Part shown: one piece after another, positions 47,734 to 60,246 of the stretch
How positions within the stretch are numbered: the stretch's first letter is position 1
How the letters are laid out: every line of letters begins with the position of its first letter
NCBI GenBank assembly: GCA_003427395.1
Contig: BFEA01000037.1
Location: 3,309,877-3,373,842 of the forward strand
DNA: 63,966 nt
Reading direction: 5' to 3'
Origin: Chara braunii
Taxonomy: Eukaryota; Plantae; Charophyceae
The notes under the pieces: model-generated
Told to the model about the DNA's origin: nothing
The model's database searches: none
The model's input: the letters and a program-made list of their open reading frames with translations, nothing else
Position numbers and translations under genes: made by a program

Positions 47734-48860
47734 GTAGAGTAGAGTAGAGTAGAGTAGAGTAGAGTAGAGTAGAGTAGAGTGTTATTGAGTGTCGCCGAGT
47801 AAAGTAGAATGTCGTAGAGTGTCGTTGAGTACAGTGTCGTAGAGTGGAGTAGATTACATTGTTGTAGAGTAGAGTATAGTGACCTAGAGTGTCATAGAGT
47901 AGAGTAGAATGTCGTGGAGTAGAATATCGTAGAGTAGAATGTCGTAGAGTAGAGTACAGTACAATGTCGTAGAGTAGAGTAGAGTGTTCTACAGTATCGT
48001 AGAGTAGAATAGAGTGTTGTAGAGTAAAGTGTCGTAGAGTAGAGTGTCGTAGAGTATAGTACAATACCGTAGAGTAGACTAGAATAGAGTAGAGTAATGT
48101 AGAGTGTTTTAGAGTAGAGTAGAGTGTAGTAGAGTAGAGTAGAGTAGAGTAGAGTAGAGTAGAGTAGAGTAGAGTAGAGTAGAGTAGAGTGGAGTAGAGT
48201 AGAGTAGAGTACAGTAGAGTGTCGTATAGTGTCATGGAGTAGAGTATAGTAGAGTAAAGTGTCGTAGAGTAAAGTAGAGTGTCATCGAGTAGAGTGCCAT
48301 AGAGTGCCATAGAGTGTCATGGAGTACAGAAGAGTATCGTAGACTGTTGTAGAGTAGAGTAGAGTAGAGTAGAGTGTACTAGAGTAGAGTTTTGTAGAGT
48401 GCCGTAAAGTTTCATAGTGTCATAGAGTACAAAAGAGTATCGTAGACTGCTGTAGAGTAGAGTAGAGTGTCGTAGAGTAGAGTGTAGTAGAGTGTCGTAG
48501 AGTATCGTAGAGTAGAGCGTCGTAGAGTAGAGGAGAGTAGAGTAGAGTGGAGTAGAGTAGAGTAGAGTAGAGTAGAGTAGAGTAGAGTAGAGTAGAGTAG
48601 AGTAGAGTAGAGACTCATAGAGTAGAGTNNNNNNNNNNNNNNNNNNNNNNNNNNNNNNNNNNNNNNNNNNNNNNNNNNNNNNNNNNNNNNNNNNNNNNNN
48701 NNNNNNNNNNNNNNNNNNNNNNNNNNNNNNNNNGAGTAGAGTAGAGTAGAGTAGAGTAGAGTGGAGTAGAGTAGAGTAGAGTAGAGTAGAGTAGAGTAGA
48801 GTAGAGTAGAGTAGAGTAGAGTAGAGTAGAGTAGAGTAGAGTACAGTGTCTTACACTAGA
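47734..48860. repeat. (TAGAG)n satellite, reverse complement of the CTCTA satellite
   Basis: Pure and degenerate AGAGT/GTGTCGTAGA arrays with an internal N gap. Confidence 0.95.
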
Positions 48861-49977
48861 GAAGAGTTGTGTGTCCGAACAACGGGCAACGGGGGCCGTT
48901 AAATTTCGTTGAACCCCGTTGAATCACCTCAGGGGCCCCGTTGAATCGCGTTTAACGGAAAAACGGGGGTCTCCCGTTGAATCCGAAAAAACGGGATGGG
49001 CGCATTGGGCCTCAGACACATGGCCCTCGCGCCCAAACACTAATAAAATAAAATTTTTGACCCCTATTAACAGGGTGGGGTGACAAAAAATGCCCCTACC
49101 TCCCGAAAATCAAACTGCAAGAGGGAAAAAAGTTGGGGCGACCCCATCCCCCAACACTGTGAGCACATGTGTGTGCATGTGAAAACATGTCCTTTTTTTT
49201 TCTTTTTTTTTTTTATAAATGTTCCAATCTATTCGTCCAGTCTCATTTTCGAAGGGCCCCTACGAATTAGCAAGGACCCCTCGTGGAGCAGAGATGGACA
49301 TTAGACTTGTAGACTGCCTGTGTGGGCCGAGAATATATAGTCTGGATTCGAATTCAGGTCTGTGGCACTCTGTGCATCACAGTTATGGGTCACTAATTCT
49401 CTGTTTTATCGTTTTTCTTTTGTTTTTTCGTTTTTTTTTTGTTTTCTCATTTTTTTTTCGTTTTTTCTCGTTTTTCTTTTCTTAGGAATACGTGCAGTGG
49501 CCCTAAGGGCCTCTACTCACCACATGTTGAAAGTCCTTCCACGATTCAGACCCCAAATTCGGGTCTCAGGGTCAGAGGCCCTGGCCAAGAAAGGGCCGAG
49601 TTAGTCAATTTCAGAAAGGTCATAGTCGGGTACCTTAGTAGTCCAGTCCAACAGGCACCTAGCAAATAGTCACATCTTAAGGGCAAAAATCACGTTTCAT
49701 AATGAAAAGTCATATTGAAGAGTCGCATCCCACGAGTAAAGGGCAGTTCCACAAGCCAGATTCGTGTCCTAGTGGCAGGAGTCACAGTCGACAGTCGAAA
49801 TCATATGCCAAAATCGAAAAGTCATGACTCAAAGGCCCAAGCAGCATCAGACCAATGAAAATTTGAGAAGGTTTCAGGCCTTGACATTTGAAAGCAGACA
49901 GGCCGTGGGCCTCTACTCACCACATGCACAAAAAACAAAACATATGGCGGCATATTATTCCACGTTCTATCAGAAGA

Positions 49978-49983
<6 letters not shown>

Positions 49984-50019
<36 letters not shown>

Positions 50020-50270
50020 GAAAGGCCGGGGTGTTGTAGAGGCGAAGGACCAGACCCGCGGTGATTGCTGGTAGTAGCAGCCAATGGTTGTCCTGACAGG
50101 ACAGGCCACCTACCCCATCCATCCCCACGTTAATACTCCCAGCGCACCCCCTGTCCCTACTATCCTACCTCAGTGTGACCAGCACTCAGGACCATCACTG
50201 TACCAGTATTGAGGGCAACTTGGCACATCCCCCATCCCGCACCCCCCAACCCTTGCCGCCCCCAGTTGTG
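49984..50270 (-). mobile_element. Short poly(A)-tailed retroelement 3' fragment
   Basis: ~35-nt poly(T) followed by a GC-rich non-coding stretch; no TSD found. Confidence 0.4.
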
Positions 50271-50549
50271 TTTTTTTTTTTGTGTTTGTGTGTGTTGTGT
50301 GTGTTGTGTGTGTGTGTGTGCGTGTTTATGTTTGTTTTTGTGTGTTGTGTGTCTCTGTATGTTTATGTGTTTGTGTGTGTTGTGTGTCTGTGTGATTGTG
50401 TGTCTGTGTGACTGTGTGTCTATCTGTCTGTGTGTCTGTGTCTGTGTGCGTGTCTTTTCTTTCCTTTTTTTTATTTGTTTTTTATGGTTTTGATTTTTTT
50501 TTAAATACACGAAGTTAAAATAAAAAACAATAAAATATGTTGTTGTCTA

Positions 50550-50908
50550 CATAGCACCGTGTTCGCGTTCCGAGTCGAACGCGAACATGTTCGCCCGAAC
50601 GCGAACAAGCGCCCAAAACCCTCCGAACGCGAACATAAAAAAAAAAGAAAAAAAAGTTTCTCGGAAACATCTGACACAACATCTGACACAAATATATGTT
50701 ATGTAAAATAACAATACAAGCAACGTTTGCCTTGGAGTAATGTTCAAATTCGCAGCCAATCACGAGTTAAAAATCACAAACCGAAAAATTAAGTTTTTTT
50801 TTTTTTTTTTTTTTACAAAAAAATAATATGTTCATCCGAACATGTTCGCGAGCTGTTCGCGCGAACATGTGAACATGAAGAGGCGCAAACACGTTCGCCA
50901 TGCTATGC
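50550..50908. mobile_element. MITE / non-autonomous DNA-transposon-like element with GCGAAC/GTTCGC subterminal repeats
   Basis: Ends CATAGCA...TGCTATG are inverted; multiple CGAAC/GTTCG motifs cluster at both ends; AT-rich middle; no clear TSD. Confidence 0.5.
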
Positions 50909-51214
50909 AGGTTGTTGTACATCTTTGAAAGATCTACAACCCTATATCTTTTATTTGTTTTTCTTTTTTTGTTTTAGCCCTTAAAAAATCTCTGTCAAAC
51001 CCAAGAAAAAAAGACACTCATTTTTTTTTTGTTTTTGTTTTTTTCATTGTGTTTATGTTTTGGATTTTTTTTAAATATAATAAAACATCAGATGGTTTAG
51101 AGAATTACCCAGTGTTACAAAGGATGGGAATGATGGGAGTACCACAATCGCCCTGCTCGGGTATCGGCTGAAAATTTTTTGTCGTACACCAAGCGAAACG
51201 GGACATGTGGACTC

Positions 51215-51878
51215 CCCCTTTTTTTCCTGAAAGGAAGGGAAGATGCACTGAGATATGCTCGAAGCAACGACGATCTCCGCTACACAGGACTGTTCCTGAG
51301 TTTTGTCGTGCTGATGTACGACCAGATTCCTGGGAGTCGAGACAAATCTGCAAAAATATGCCTGGGATAACTGGACGACGAAGCCACCGTGCGTCAACAT
51401 TAAAAAAGGGTTTTTCTACTTCCTATTGAGTTTTCCTACTATTGAGCGGGAACCTAACTCACCGACGAGACGAGAGGTTTTTTCAGCACGTTTTTTTCTA
51501 GATGCATGTTCGTTTTTCGTTTTTTCGGTCTACATTCATTATACTCTTTGCTGAATTTTTGCCTTTTTTTTTTTTTCCTTTAAAATTTAAATTTTTAATT
51601 TGTATAAGTTTTAGAAATACAGCGGGAGGTAGCGCGGCTCACATCGTCTCATGGGACGAAGAGAGCTACGCAACATTTTTGGGTATAAGTATGAGAGAGC
51701 GTTGACTCGAAAAACAGACTGAGCAGCATTGAGGTAGAAGGTTTGTGACTCTGTGGTATGGTGGAGACCATACGTGGCTACACTGTGCTGAGGCAATGTG
51801 TCTGTGGTATGGTGGAGACCATGCGTGGCTACACTATGCTGAGGCAATGTAGTATGCTGTGAGATTAATCCTCAACTA
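51215..51878 (-). repeat. Inverted copy of the 42784-43440 repeat
   Basis: Direct reverse-complement match with scattered substitutions. Confidence 0.9.
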
Positions 51879-52317
51879 CAATGTTTTTTGTTAATTGAAG
51901 TCTATTGATGAGCTTGGCGAACGACCTTGCGATTGTGCTTGGGCACGCTCGCCTCGTACCGTGTTGCTATCATCCGTGCTCTTCCTACCTCCTACTCCTC
52001 ACGAGGATCAGCGCACTCGTGCTGATTCTCCTTCGGGATGTTTTGCGGGATTCGGTTTGAGCTCGTATTGCACGTGCGTTCCTTCACACTACTTATCACT
52101 TTCTCTATTATGCTTACTCCACGTTACTTCCCATACGATCGTTCTTGATCCAGAGGGACGTGTCGTACACCTTTTCTATATACATTATTTTGTGTTCTTG
52201 CAGGTGGATCGGCTACGAGTGGACTGGACAAGACTCCAAGTTCAGCCTTGCATGTACGTTCGTGGAAGGGGACGCGACCGTGGTAGAGGAAGGTGGTCTG
52301 GCGATCGGAGGTACTGG

Positions 52318-53540
52318 ATGGACTATCAAGCAGTGACCTCGCCAGCCACCGTACCTGCAGTTGGTCAGAATCTCCCTCCTCAGGCGCTGCCAGCACCGGT
52401 ACAACCGAACTATACCTATCCCCAATATGGATGGGTTCCAGTGCCGACACCTCCGCCGCCACCTCCTCCCCCGCCACCTCCGAATTGAACTATGGCCAAC
52501 AGAATTACCAGAAGACTCTTCAACGAATCCCTTTCCCGCTCCAGGGAATAGGGCATGGTTCACGAGGGAGCATCTCGAGCTGATCAAAAGATGGAAGGCA
52601 AAGGACCAAGAAGAAGCGAAGAAGACTAGTGAGGACTCCAGTGGAAGCAGTAAACAAGGCGCAAAGAAGGGGCACGATAAATCAGCGTGCAAATCGGAGG
52701 ACGAGGAACAAAATTTGAAGGCATGGATGGCCGAGAATTTTGGGAGCTCTCTCAGAAAGATCTCCAAGAAACTCGACGTTGTAGATAAAAAAGCAAAGAT
52801 TGCTGACATGGAACGTGAGAAGTTAGTCAAGAAGGTGGAAGAGATCGAAGGGAAGAGTGTGAATGAGGAGTCAAATAGTAACGAAAAGAGGAAGCGCATT
52901 GTGGGCGTCAATTCACCGTCTATCGAGCGGTCGAGGTCAAAATCAAGATCCCGGAGTGGCGGGATAAAGATCAGACAACCCAGGATCGAAGTCTCATCGG
53001 ACGACGAAGAGACCAAGAAAGCGGGAAAAGGCGCTACGAGGTGTAGCAACCCGAGCGAAGTAAAATTGGAAGATGTCATGAAGATGCTATCCGTCATCGC
53101 GAATAGGGGACAAGGGGAGAACCCCGTCGTGAACACGAACACACCAGCGACGGACCGGGGAAAGCGTACCACGGTCGAGAACAAGAGTGAGGGCACGACT
53201 AGTGATGAATCTGAAGATGAGAGAGACAAGTTGAAGGTCAACCGTGGATGCAAGAAAAAAGACGACAAGACTGAGAGCGGGATCGTGGAATATATGAGAC
53301 AAAGGCTAGACCATTACATGGAGATGAACGGGAAGAAGATCAAGAGTCTGTGTGCAAAGAGAAATATCAAGTGGGTGCGGAAGGATAAGTGCGCTTGGGA
53401 ACTGGCAAACAAGACATAGACGAGTTCTTAAAACTCGTGCACGGTGACAGTGAACATGAAGAAGACCCTGAACCGGACGACGAAGAAGACGGCGATCCGG
53501 GCTCTGACGCCAACGCCGATAATGAAGACGTTGCTGGGCA
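52318..53540 (+). pseudogene. PLE-3 ORF1: Pro-rich N-terminus, coiled coil, RS-rich linker, SAP/HeH-like C-terminus
   Basis: MDYQ...PPPP frameshifts into ORF 52361..53419; LDHYMEMNGKKIKSLCAKRNIKWVRKDKCAWELA resembles the PLE-1 motif. Confidence 0.65.
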
Positions 53541-53739
53541 CTAGATCTCTAGGCGTACTTTACTACGCCTCCTCGGATGGATTAGTGAAAAGATCCCCTC
53601 TCTCCATGGTCAAATCAGACTTTTATTTGAAGACGCGTTTAGATTCGGTACTCTATTTGCTTGTTTTGCTGGTTTCCTAAGATGGGGGAATACGTATCGA
53701 AAATTCTGGGAACAAATAGAGTTAACCGATTTTCCTGAT

Positions 53740-54030
53740 ACTCGAAAATGTTCGTCGTGTATCTATGTTTTGATCTCGCCCTTTTGTAGACAGGTGTATG
53801 TTGGACAGACCAGTCGAGCTCTGCACGACCGGTGGCAGGAGCACGTGCGTGCCACTGAGGATCCTATTTTCAGGGTTCACAGATGGCTTAAAAAGCAAGG
53901 TGCACATCGTTATACTGCAATCCCGATCCAGTTCTCGATCCAGTTCTCTGCGTAGAGCGAACTGAGACAAATTGAGGAGAAAGTAATTCGGGATGAGAAC
54001 CCCGGTCTGAACAGCAGGAAGTTCAAACCA
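53740..54030 (+). pseudogene. GIY-YIG endonuclease domain (frameshifted)
   Basis: VVYLCLISPFCRQVYVGQTSRALHDRWQEH...; after a frameshift, ELRQIEEKVIRDENPGLN supplies the conserved E and N. Confidence 0.88.
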
Positions 54031-54140
54031 AGGGTGCCCCCTCGAAAAGCTCGGAAGCAGAAGAAATGTCCACTGAATCCAGTAGTATGGACCCCTACCT
54101 CTTTCTCTCATGAATCCTCAAATGACAAGACTTTGATTTA

Positions 54141-54271
54141 TGTAATGACCCGCCAAAAACACAGACTGAGAACACTGCTGATTTCTGGGACTTGCCGCTG
54201 GAATGAATGCCTTGCTGAGATTCCCGCATTCTGCTGTGGTTTCCAAGTCTGTGTGTGTGTGTGTGCGTGCC
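54141..54271 (+). repeat. Inverted copy of the outer ~125 bp of the Gypsy LTR
   Basis: TGTAATGACCCGCCAAAAACACAGACTGAG... is the reverse complement of 60120-60246. Confidence 0.9.
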
Positions 54272-57200
54272 ACGCATAGGCAACATTCTTACTTGTTAGT
54301 CTCGAGAGTGAGTGAGCAATGACAGAAAATTTGGGCACAAACTTCCGATAATACGAGGCCAAACCCAGAAAAGAACGCAGTTCGCGTACGTTTGCCGGTT
54401 GAGGTCACTTTCGTATGACCTCAACCTTGGTTGCCTCCGGCTCAAGGCCGTTTGCAGACAACCGGTGCCCAAGATAGATGACGCTGTCCTTTCCAAACTC
54501 AGATTTCTCTAAGTTGAGGTGCAACTGTGCCTCCTTGAGGACCTGCAAAACCTCCTCAAGGTGCTTGACGTGCTCTTCCATGGACNNNNNNNNNNNNNNN
54601 NNNNNNNNNNNNNNNNNNNNNNNNNNNNNNNNNNNNNNNNNNNNNNNNNNNNNNNNNNNNNNNNNNNNNNACCTTGTCCATGAGGCACTGAAATGTGGCT
54701 GGTGCATTTGTAAGACCGAAGGGCATAACGATGAATTCGTACAGCCCATCGCGCGTTTTGAATGCAGTTTTGTGCTGGTCACTCAGATCAACTTCAATCT
54801 GGTGGTAGCCAGACTTGAGGTCGATCTTGGAGAAGACCTTGCACCCAGCTGCTGCATCTAGCAGATCATCTATGCGAGGCAAAGGATAAACATTCTTTCT
54901 GGTGATCCGATTCAGGTGGAGGATCATCCTCATCAGGAAAAGAAAATTAGATCGAGAATTTACAGCAATTACAACTGGATTCAAAGTACTTGGACCAGAA
55001 GTAGAGTGATTATTCACAGTAGAAGTAGAGGGAATAGAAGTAGAGTTACCTTCCGAGGTAGGAAATGCAGCAAAAGTAGAAGGCACGTGGAGAGGTTTAC
55101 AAGAGCTACATGTACATGCTCAGCTTCCTTGCGCCTGCGCATTGATTTGCAAAATTTGTTCGCACTCAGAAGAGTCACAGGGGACTCACGCGTCTCGTCC
55201 AATAGAACGGTACGCTCGTTCCCCTTGGCATCACGCACCACGAACTGATTATCCGCCCATGTGGTCCTTAGGCAATGAGCCTTTAACCAGCCCAAACCAA
55301 TGACCGCGTCGAACGGACACTTGTCCATGACATAAAAGTTCAGCTCATGTGTGACAGTGCGATCCTTGTCAAAAGTGACGCGCACACCTTTGATAGCATG
55401 TGTTGAGGTTACAACCTCTTGGTTGCCACCTGGGTCTGACAAGGGTTCTCCAACTCCACTTGCTTCATTCCTAGGCCTGCCTTACGAATACCGTTAGGAG
55501 AAAAGAAATTAGTCGTTGAACCACTATCAATCAGCACACAGATGTATCGGCGGTTAATGAGAAACTTAACGAAGGTTAGCTTCATGCTTCTTTGAACACA
55601 ACGTTGCTGCTTGAGCTGCAGCCAATGTTCCAGGTGTGAGTGGAAGTCAACTTCTTTAGTCTCTTCCCAAGGCTCAATGTAAAGTACTTGGACTGCACCA
55701 GCCTTGAATTCAGCATCAGTTCGGGCTTCAAGAGCAAGTTGTTGATCAGATTTAGGCTCCTTGGAAGGGCCTGCAACTGACTGTTCAGCTTCCCTTGCTG
55801 TAGAGAGTGCTGATGACTCCTCTACGCCCTTGGCCTGTTTCCCTGCAGACGATAGCAATCCTGCACAGCATGCCCAGACTTTTGACAACGCAAGCACACG
55901 CGCAGTTTGGATCTTCTTTCCCATTCTTTTTGACTGATGTGGAGGGCTTCCCAAGGCTTGGTAGAAGCGTCCTCCGGTTTCTCAGGGATCTTCGCATTCT
56001 TGGGGAGGTGTGCTATAGTTTCCCTACCGGAACCACGGTTAGGCCCCTTGCTTGAACCAGTCTTTTTTAATGCATTGAAGTTTTCTTCTTCATTCACGTC
56101 AGACTCAATGGCTGCTGTAGAACAGCCCATATCGGAGTCCGGCTCTAGATCGTCATCTAGAGACAGATCATCCGCGTAGGACTGATCTTCAGCCTCCCGA
56201 TGTGCATGCAGGGCAAGTTGGTTGCTGCTTCCATACCGCTTGCATTGTGATTTTCTACCTGCAACGGGTGGCTTTGTACGCCTGGCGAGGTCCTTGGACT
56301 CTAGGTTGACTAGATCCGTCATGAGTTCTCGCCAAGTGGTATGGTCTTTGAGTCCTAGCAGGGAGAGGTATTCTTTAGGGGCCACTCCCATGACTACATC
56401 CATGCAAGACACGTCAGTCATTCCCAGGTTNGGAGTGGTGAANANACNAGTCAAGTGNTGTTCCAAAGCCNGCATGGAGGTCCTCCANGTTTGGCCNTTG
56501 AGGGCCTCAAGCTTCAGCCTTGCCTTGAGCGCANCGTGCTTATCTTGGTACCGNGTGATGAGGAGGTCCTCAAGAGTGCGTACAGGAGTTACNTTCAGCN
56601 ACTCAGTCAGGTCAATCCTCTCATAACCTGNTGTAACAGCTTGGAGTTCTATGAAACTCCGTACGACGGGCTCAATATTTGTGCCCATGATCATGCTTCG
56701 GTCTTCCTGCGGTGTTCGCAGCACCTCGAAGTATGAGCGCATGGAGCTAATCACCAAGAGGTGATATCCCCTTTCCTGTCGTGCTTGGACGACAGAGTGG
56801 CCGCCCGCTTGTCCACTACTGGACCGCTGTACTGTACGCCAGTAAGAACTGTGTCGTTTTGTGATGATGTTCCTGCATTTGGGACTATGACTAGTGCAAA
56901 ACTGCCGGCGCTGCCGCTTGAGGAGGTGGCACCGGTTCCTGCGGTCGTCACAGTTCCACTTGCTCTCGTCATGAGGACTGTGTTAGGTTGAGAGACTGGG
57001 ACTGCAGCAGGTCGAGGGTTAGGAGGACGGGGGGAAGACAATTGGGACTGTTTGAGGCTGACTATCTCAGCCTGCAGCTCTTGATTCCGCTGGTCGAGGG
57101 CTGTCACACGGGACTCAAGGTCTTCCAAGGTCCGCAATCGAACCAAGGCTGCTACGGCAGCAGCTGGCTTCTCTCGGAACCGGTCATCATTCGATTCCGG

Positions 57201-57530
57201 AACCGCAAGGAGGGCCACCGGTTCAGCAATGCTGGTGGCTCTGGCCGCTGCCTCTGCCTCCCTTTCCCTCTGTACGGCATCGTCATAAAGTTTTTGAAAG
57301 AACGGTTTCTCGTTCTTGTCCGCTGCGTCCAGCATGGCCTGCCATTGGGCAGATGAGATGTCTGCCATGCTGGAGGAAGGGGTGTTAGTAGATCTCTCAA
57401 GAGGGGTCCGCTCTCTCCTCACGTTTGGACGAACACTCCTCTTGCCCTTCCTCACGTTCCCAAAAAGAACACCTTCTCTCTCCCTTCTCTCTCTTTCCGC
57501 TTCCTGCGCACGCGTCTCAATACCAGACAT
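54272..57530 (-). pseudogene. gag-pol remnant (frameshifted, RT partly deleted, N gap over the catalytic YxDD region)
   Basis: Collinear ORFs 56751..57566, 55822..56757, 55409..55954, 55014..55442, 54556..55086 and 54405..54782. Confidence 0.88.
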
Positions 57531-58857
57531 AGATAGTTCAGATAAAAGAAACAAACAGTAAATCACAAAGAGTAGAAGGTAGAACTCCTAGCCGGAGCGG
57601 CAATTCATTTGGACTTAGAGAATGGCACGCAGTAGAATACAGGAAAGAATAAAAAAAAATAAAACGGAAGAGAGGACTGACTTATCGAACGGGCCTGATC
57701 AGATTAGCTGGAGTTCCCCTCTTGTCTAACCTGACACGGTACATGTACCACAATAAATCAGCCGAAGCAAACTAATTGCAGCAATTGAGATTTCGAGGGG
57801 TGCAGACGGTCGCCGAGCCAGACGCGGGGCAGTATGTGATAACATGCAGTAAGACCAGGCAAGATCCCCTTGAAAGGAATGCCCTTGCTAGCCGTATGTC
57901 CCCCAAGTTCAGCACAACAAAGAGATGCATTGACCACAACAGATTTGGGCCAGAAAGGTCCTGTCCCGTTGGGCCTGGTCCCACTGAGTCCCGAAGGTCC
58001 CAAGTAGGTCGTGGACCAGGACCAACGAGATAGGTGTACCAAGTCAGTCCCAAACTGCCTCTACCGTACTGAAAAGGAAAAGACAACTTCCAGCAAGAAC
58101 TCACCCCTACAGCCGTTCAGAAATGAAAAGACATTGCACCGTAGAAAGATATGTCATTTAGAACAAATACATCATCCATCCATCCATCAGGTGAGAAAGC
58201 AATCCACATGCTCACACACACAACCAAGACCGCAGAGAAGAGGAAGAGATCCCAACACACCCCAACAGGTCATGAAGCACCAAGCAACCTCCCACGGGCA
58301 TAACCAGGTCACACGACACTTACCTGTGAGGCCCGGCCTCCAAAGATGGATAACGACCCACCCCCCTCTCTTATAAGTCCTCCTGACCCCTAGCTACCAC
58401 TACACAAAGTTTCCTAGCATGACTAAGAGGGCCTTCCTACACCCCTGTTGCAACGCCGGATCCCCCGCCGATGTCTGAAGACCAAAGTAGCAACTTGCAG
58501 CTCTCCGATGCAGATATGGCAGCCTCCGATCAAGTCTCCCTCTTGAGGGGAAGCCCAAAAGTCGCTCAATGTCTTCTTGAAGTGCAGATTCCAGGTGCGA
58601 GTACCTCTCACTCTCTACTCCCTCTCGCTTACTCCAATCAGCCTCCTTTGTGTCTCGCCACCCCATCCGATCACTCAAACAACCTGGTCAGGTCTGATGT
58701 CGACCCTACATGACCCAACCAGGTGGGGGCAGTATCCACATACCTCACTGCCCCACTTAACCCTAACTTCCTAACCCTAATCCGAGATTAGGTTAGCCCT
58801 AACCTAACTCGGAATTAGGTTTAGGGTGACTAACACCTCTCGCCAGCAAGTAAGTCC

Positions 58858-58869
58858 GCTCCGATACCA
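58858..58869 (-). promoter_or_regulatory. Primer-binding site complementary to initiator tRNA-Met
   Basis: TGGTATCGGAGC on the minus strand, 2 nt after the LTR end (canonical site TGGTATCAGAGC). Confidence 0.88.
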
Positions 58870-58871
58870 AT

Positions 58872-60246
58872 TGTTATGATCCTGGTCATTTCCAAAGTGC
58901 AAATTCACAATGAAAGACAATGGCACCCAATTGCGAAAGAAATGAAAGCACTTGCAAAGAGATAGAGACCAGAGGAGAGAGAAAGAAGAAGAAGAAGAAG
59001 AAGAAGAAGAAGAAGAAGATGATGATGTACACCAGCAAGACCAATGACAATTCCCCCTTCTCTCTCCACCTTCCTCCTCCTCCTCCACTTCGCCAATCTT
59101 ATTCTTCTCTCAATAATAATAATAACAATGAATGGATGAACCAGAATCAATGTCCGAAGTTCCCTCTTACTGCTGACTCAACAACAACAACAACAACAAC
59201 AAGTCCACCATAGCTATGGCTTCCCTCCTTCTGCCTCCTCTCTGATGCATAGGCTATGGCGGACAACTGAGGGCCCTGCCCTCCTGTCCAAAGGACAACA
59301 ACCCAAAGCAGCTATGGCGCTGCACTCCTGTCCAAAGGACAACCCAAAGCAGCTATGATGCTGCTGACTGGTCCGCCATGCCTGACTCTGCTTCGAGCTT
59401 CCTTGGTGCGGCACTACCCCAACTGGGGCCTTCCAGATGCAGCGCCCAACAAGGTGATGAAGACGGTGTCCACCACTCTCCTCCTTAGCCCCCTTCTTCC
59501 TCCTCCTCAAGCTGGGCTGCTCGCCATAGCCAGGCTGAGCACCAGCTGCCCTTCACCTCCAAGCAGCGCTGTACCAGTCCAGCGCTGTGCTCCAGCAGCA
59601 TGTCGCCAATCCTTGCATACCGCAAATGAGGAGGAGCTACTTGCTCCTCTGAAAGATATAGCGGCCTACTGGCCTCCTGGGCGGTGACTTCCTAGGCCGA
59701 GCGGCCTCCCAGCAACCGGTACCTCCTCCCTTTCGGAGGGAAACATCATTGCAGGCTCTGCTATCCTCCAGACAGGCCCTAGACCCGGGCTACTTGGACT
59801 GGTACCGGCCTACCTCTAGCCTACAGCTACTGGGCCTCTAAAAATGCCAACTTTTGTCTTCTTCTGCTCGGCCTCCAGTACCCGACACTTCTACCACTAC
59901 TTCAGTGGTACCGGCCTACCTGCTACTTGAGTGTTTTTCCCCTCTGCTCTAAGTGTCGCGGGCCTACCCCCGCTACTCGAGTGTTTTCCCCCGCTGCAAC
60001 CCTCAAAGTCACGGCCACAGGTAAGTACCGGCCCTGCAGGGCCTTGCAACCAACAAGTACCCTTGCGGTTCATACGCACACTCAGCCGACAAGCACTCAG
60101 TCAGGCATGCAAACCAGCAGGCACCCATACACACACAGACATGGAAATCACAGCAGAATGCGGGAATTTCAGCAAGGCATTCATTCCAGCGGCAAATCCC
60201 AGAAATCAGCAGTGTTCTCAGTCTGTGTTTTTGGTGGGTCATTACA
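58872..60246 (-). repeat. 5' LTR (~1375 bp)
   Basis: TG...CA ends with imperfect terminal inverted repeats TGTAATGACCC / TGTTATGATCC; adjacent PBS. Confidence 0.85.

Larger units (their letters stand above)
51890..54140 (+). mobile_element. PLE-3: 5' half of a third Penelope-like element (ORF1 plus GIY-YIG), truncated by an LTR fragment
   Basis: ORF1-like frames at 52318-53540 followed by GIY-YIG; same order as PLE-1; RT not present. Confidence 0.78.
54272..60246 (-). mobile_element. Ty3/Gypsy LTR retrotransposon, 3'-truncated (5' LTR, PBS, gag, protease, RT; no RNase H, integrase or 3' LTR)
   Basis: Gag CLRCQKSGHAVQDC; protease LIDSGST; [55 protein letters not shown]. Confidence 0.93.

Noticed and set aside
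40679-48618. STLLY-repeat ORFs as protein-coding genes
   Set aside because: They are translations of the CTCTA/TAGAG satellite.
52213-53268. 351-aa antisense ORF
   Set aside because: Shadow of the PLE-3 ORF1 on the opposite strand, with S/F/L-biased composition.
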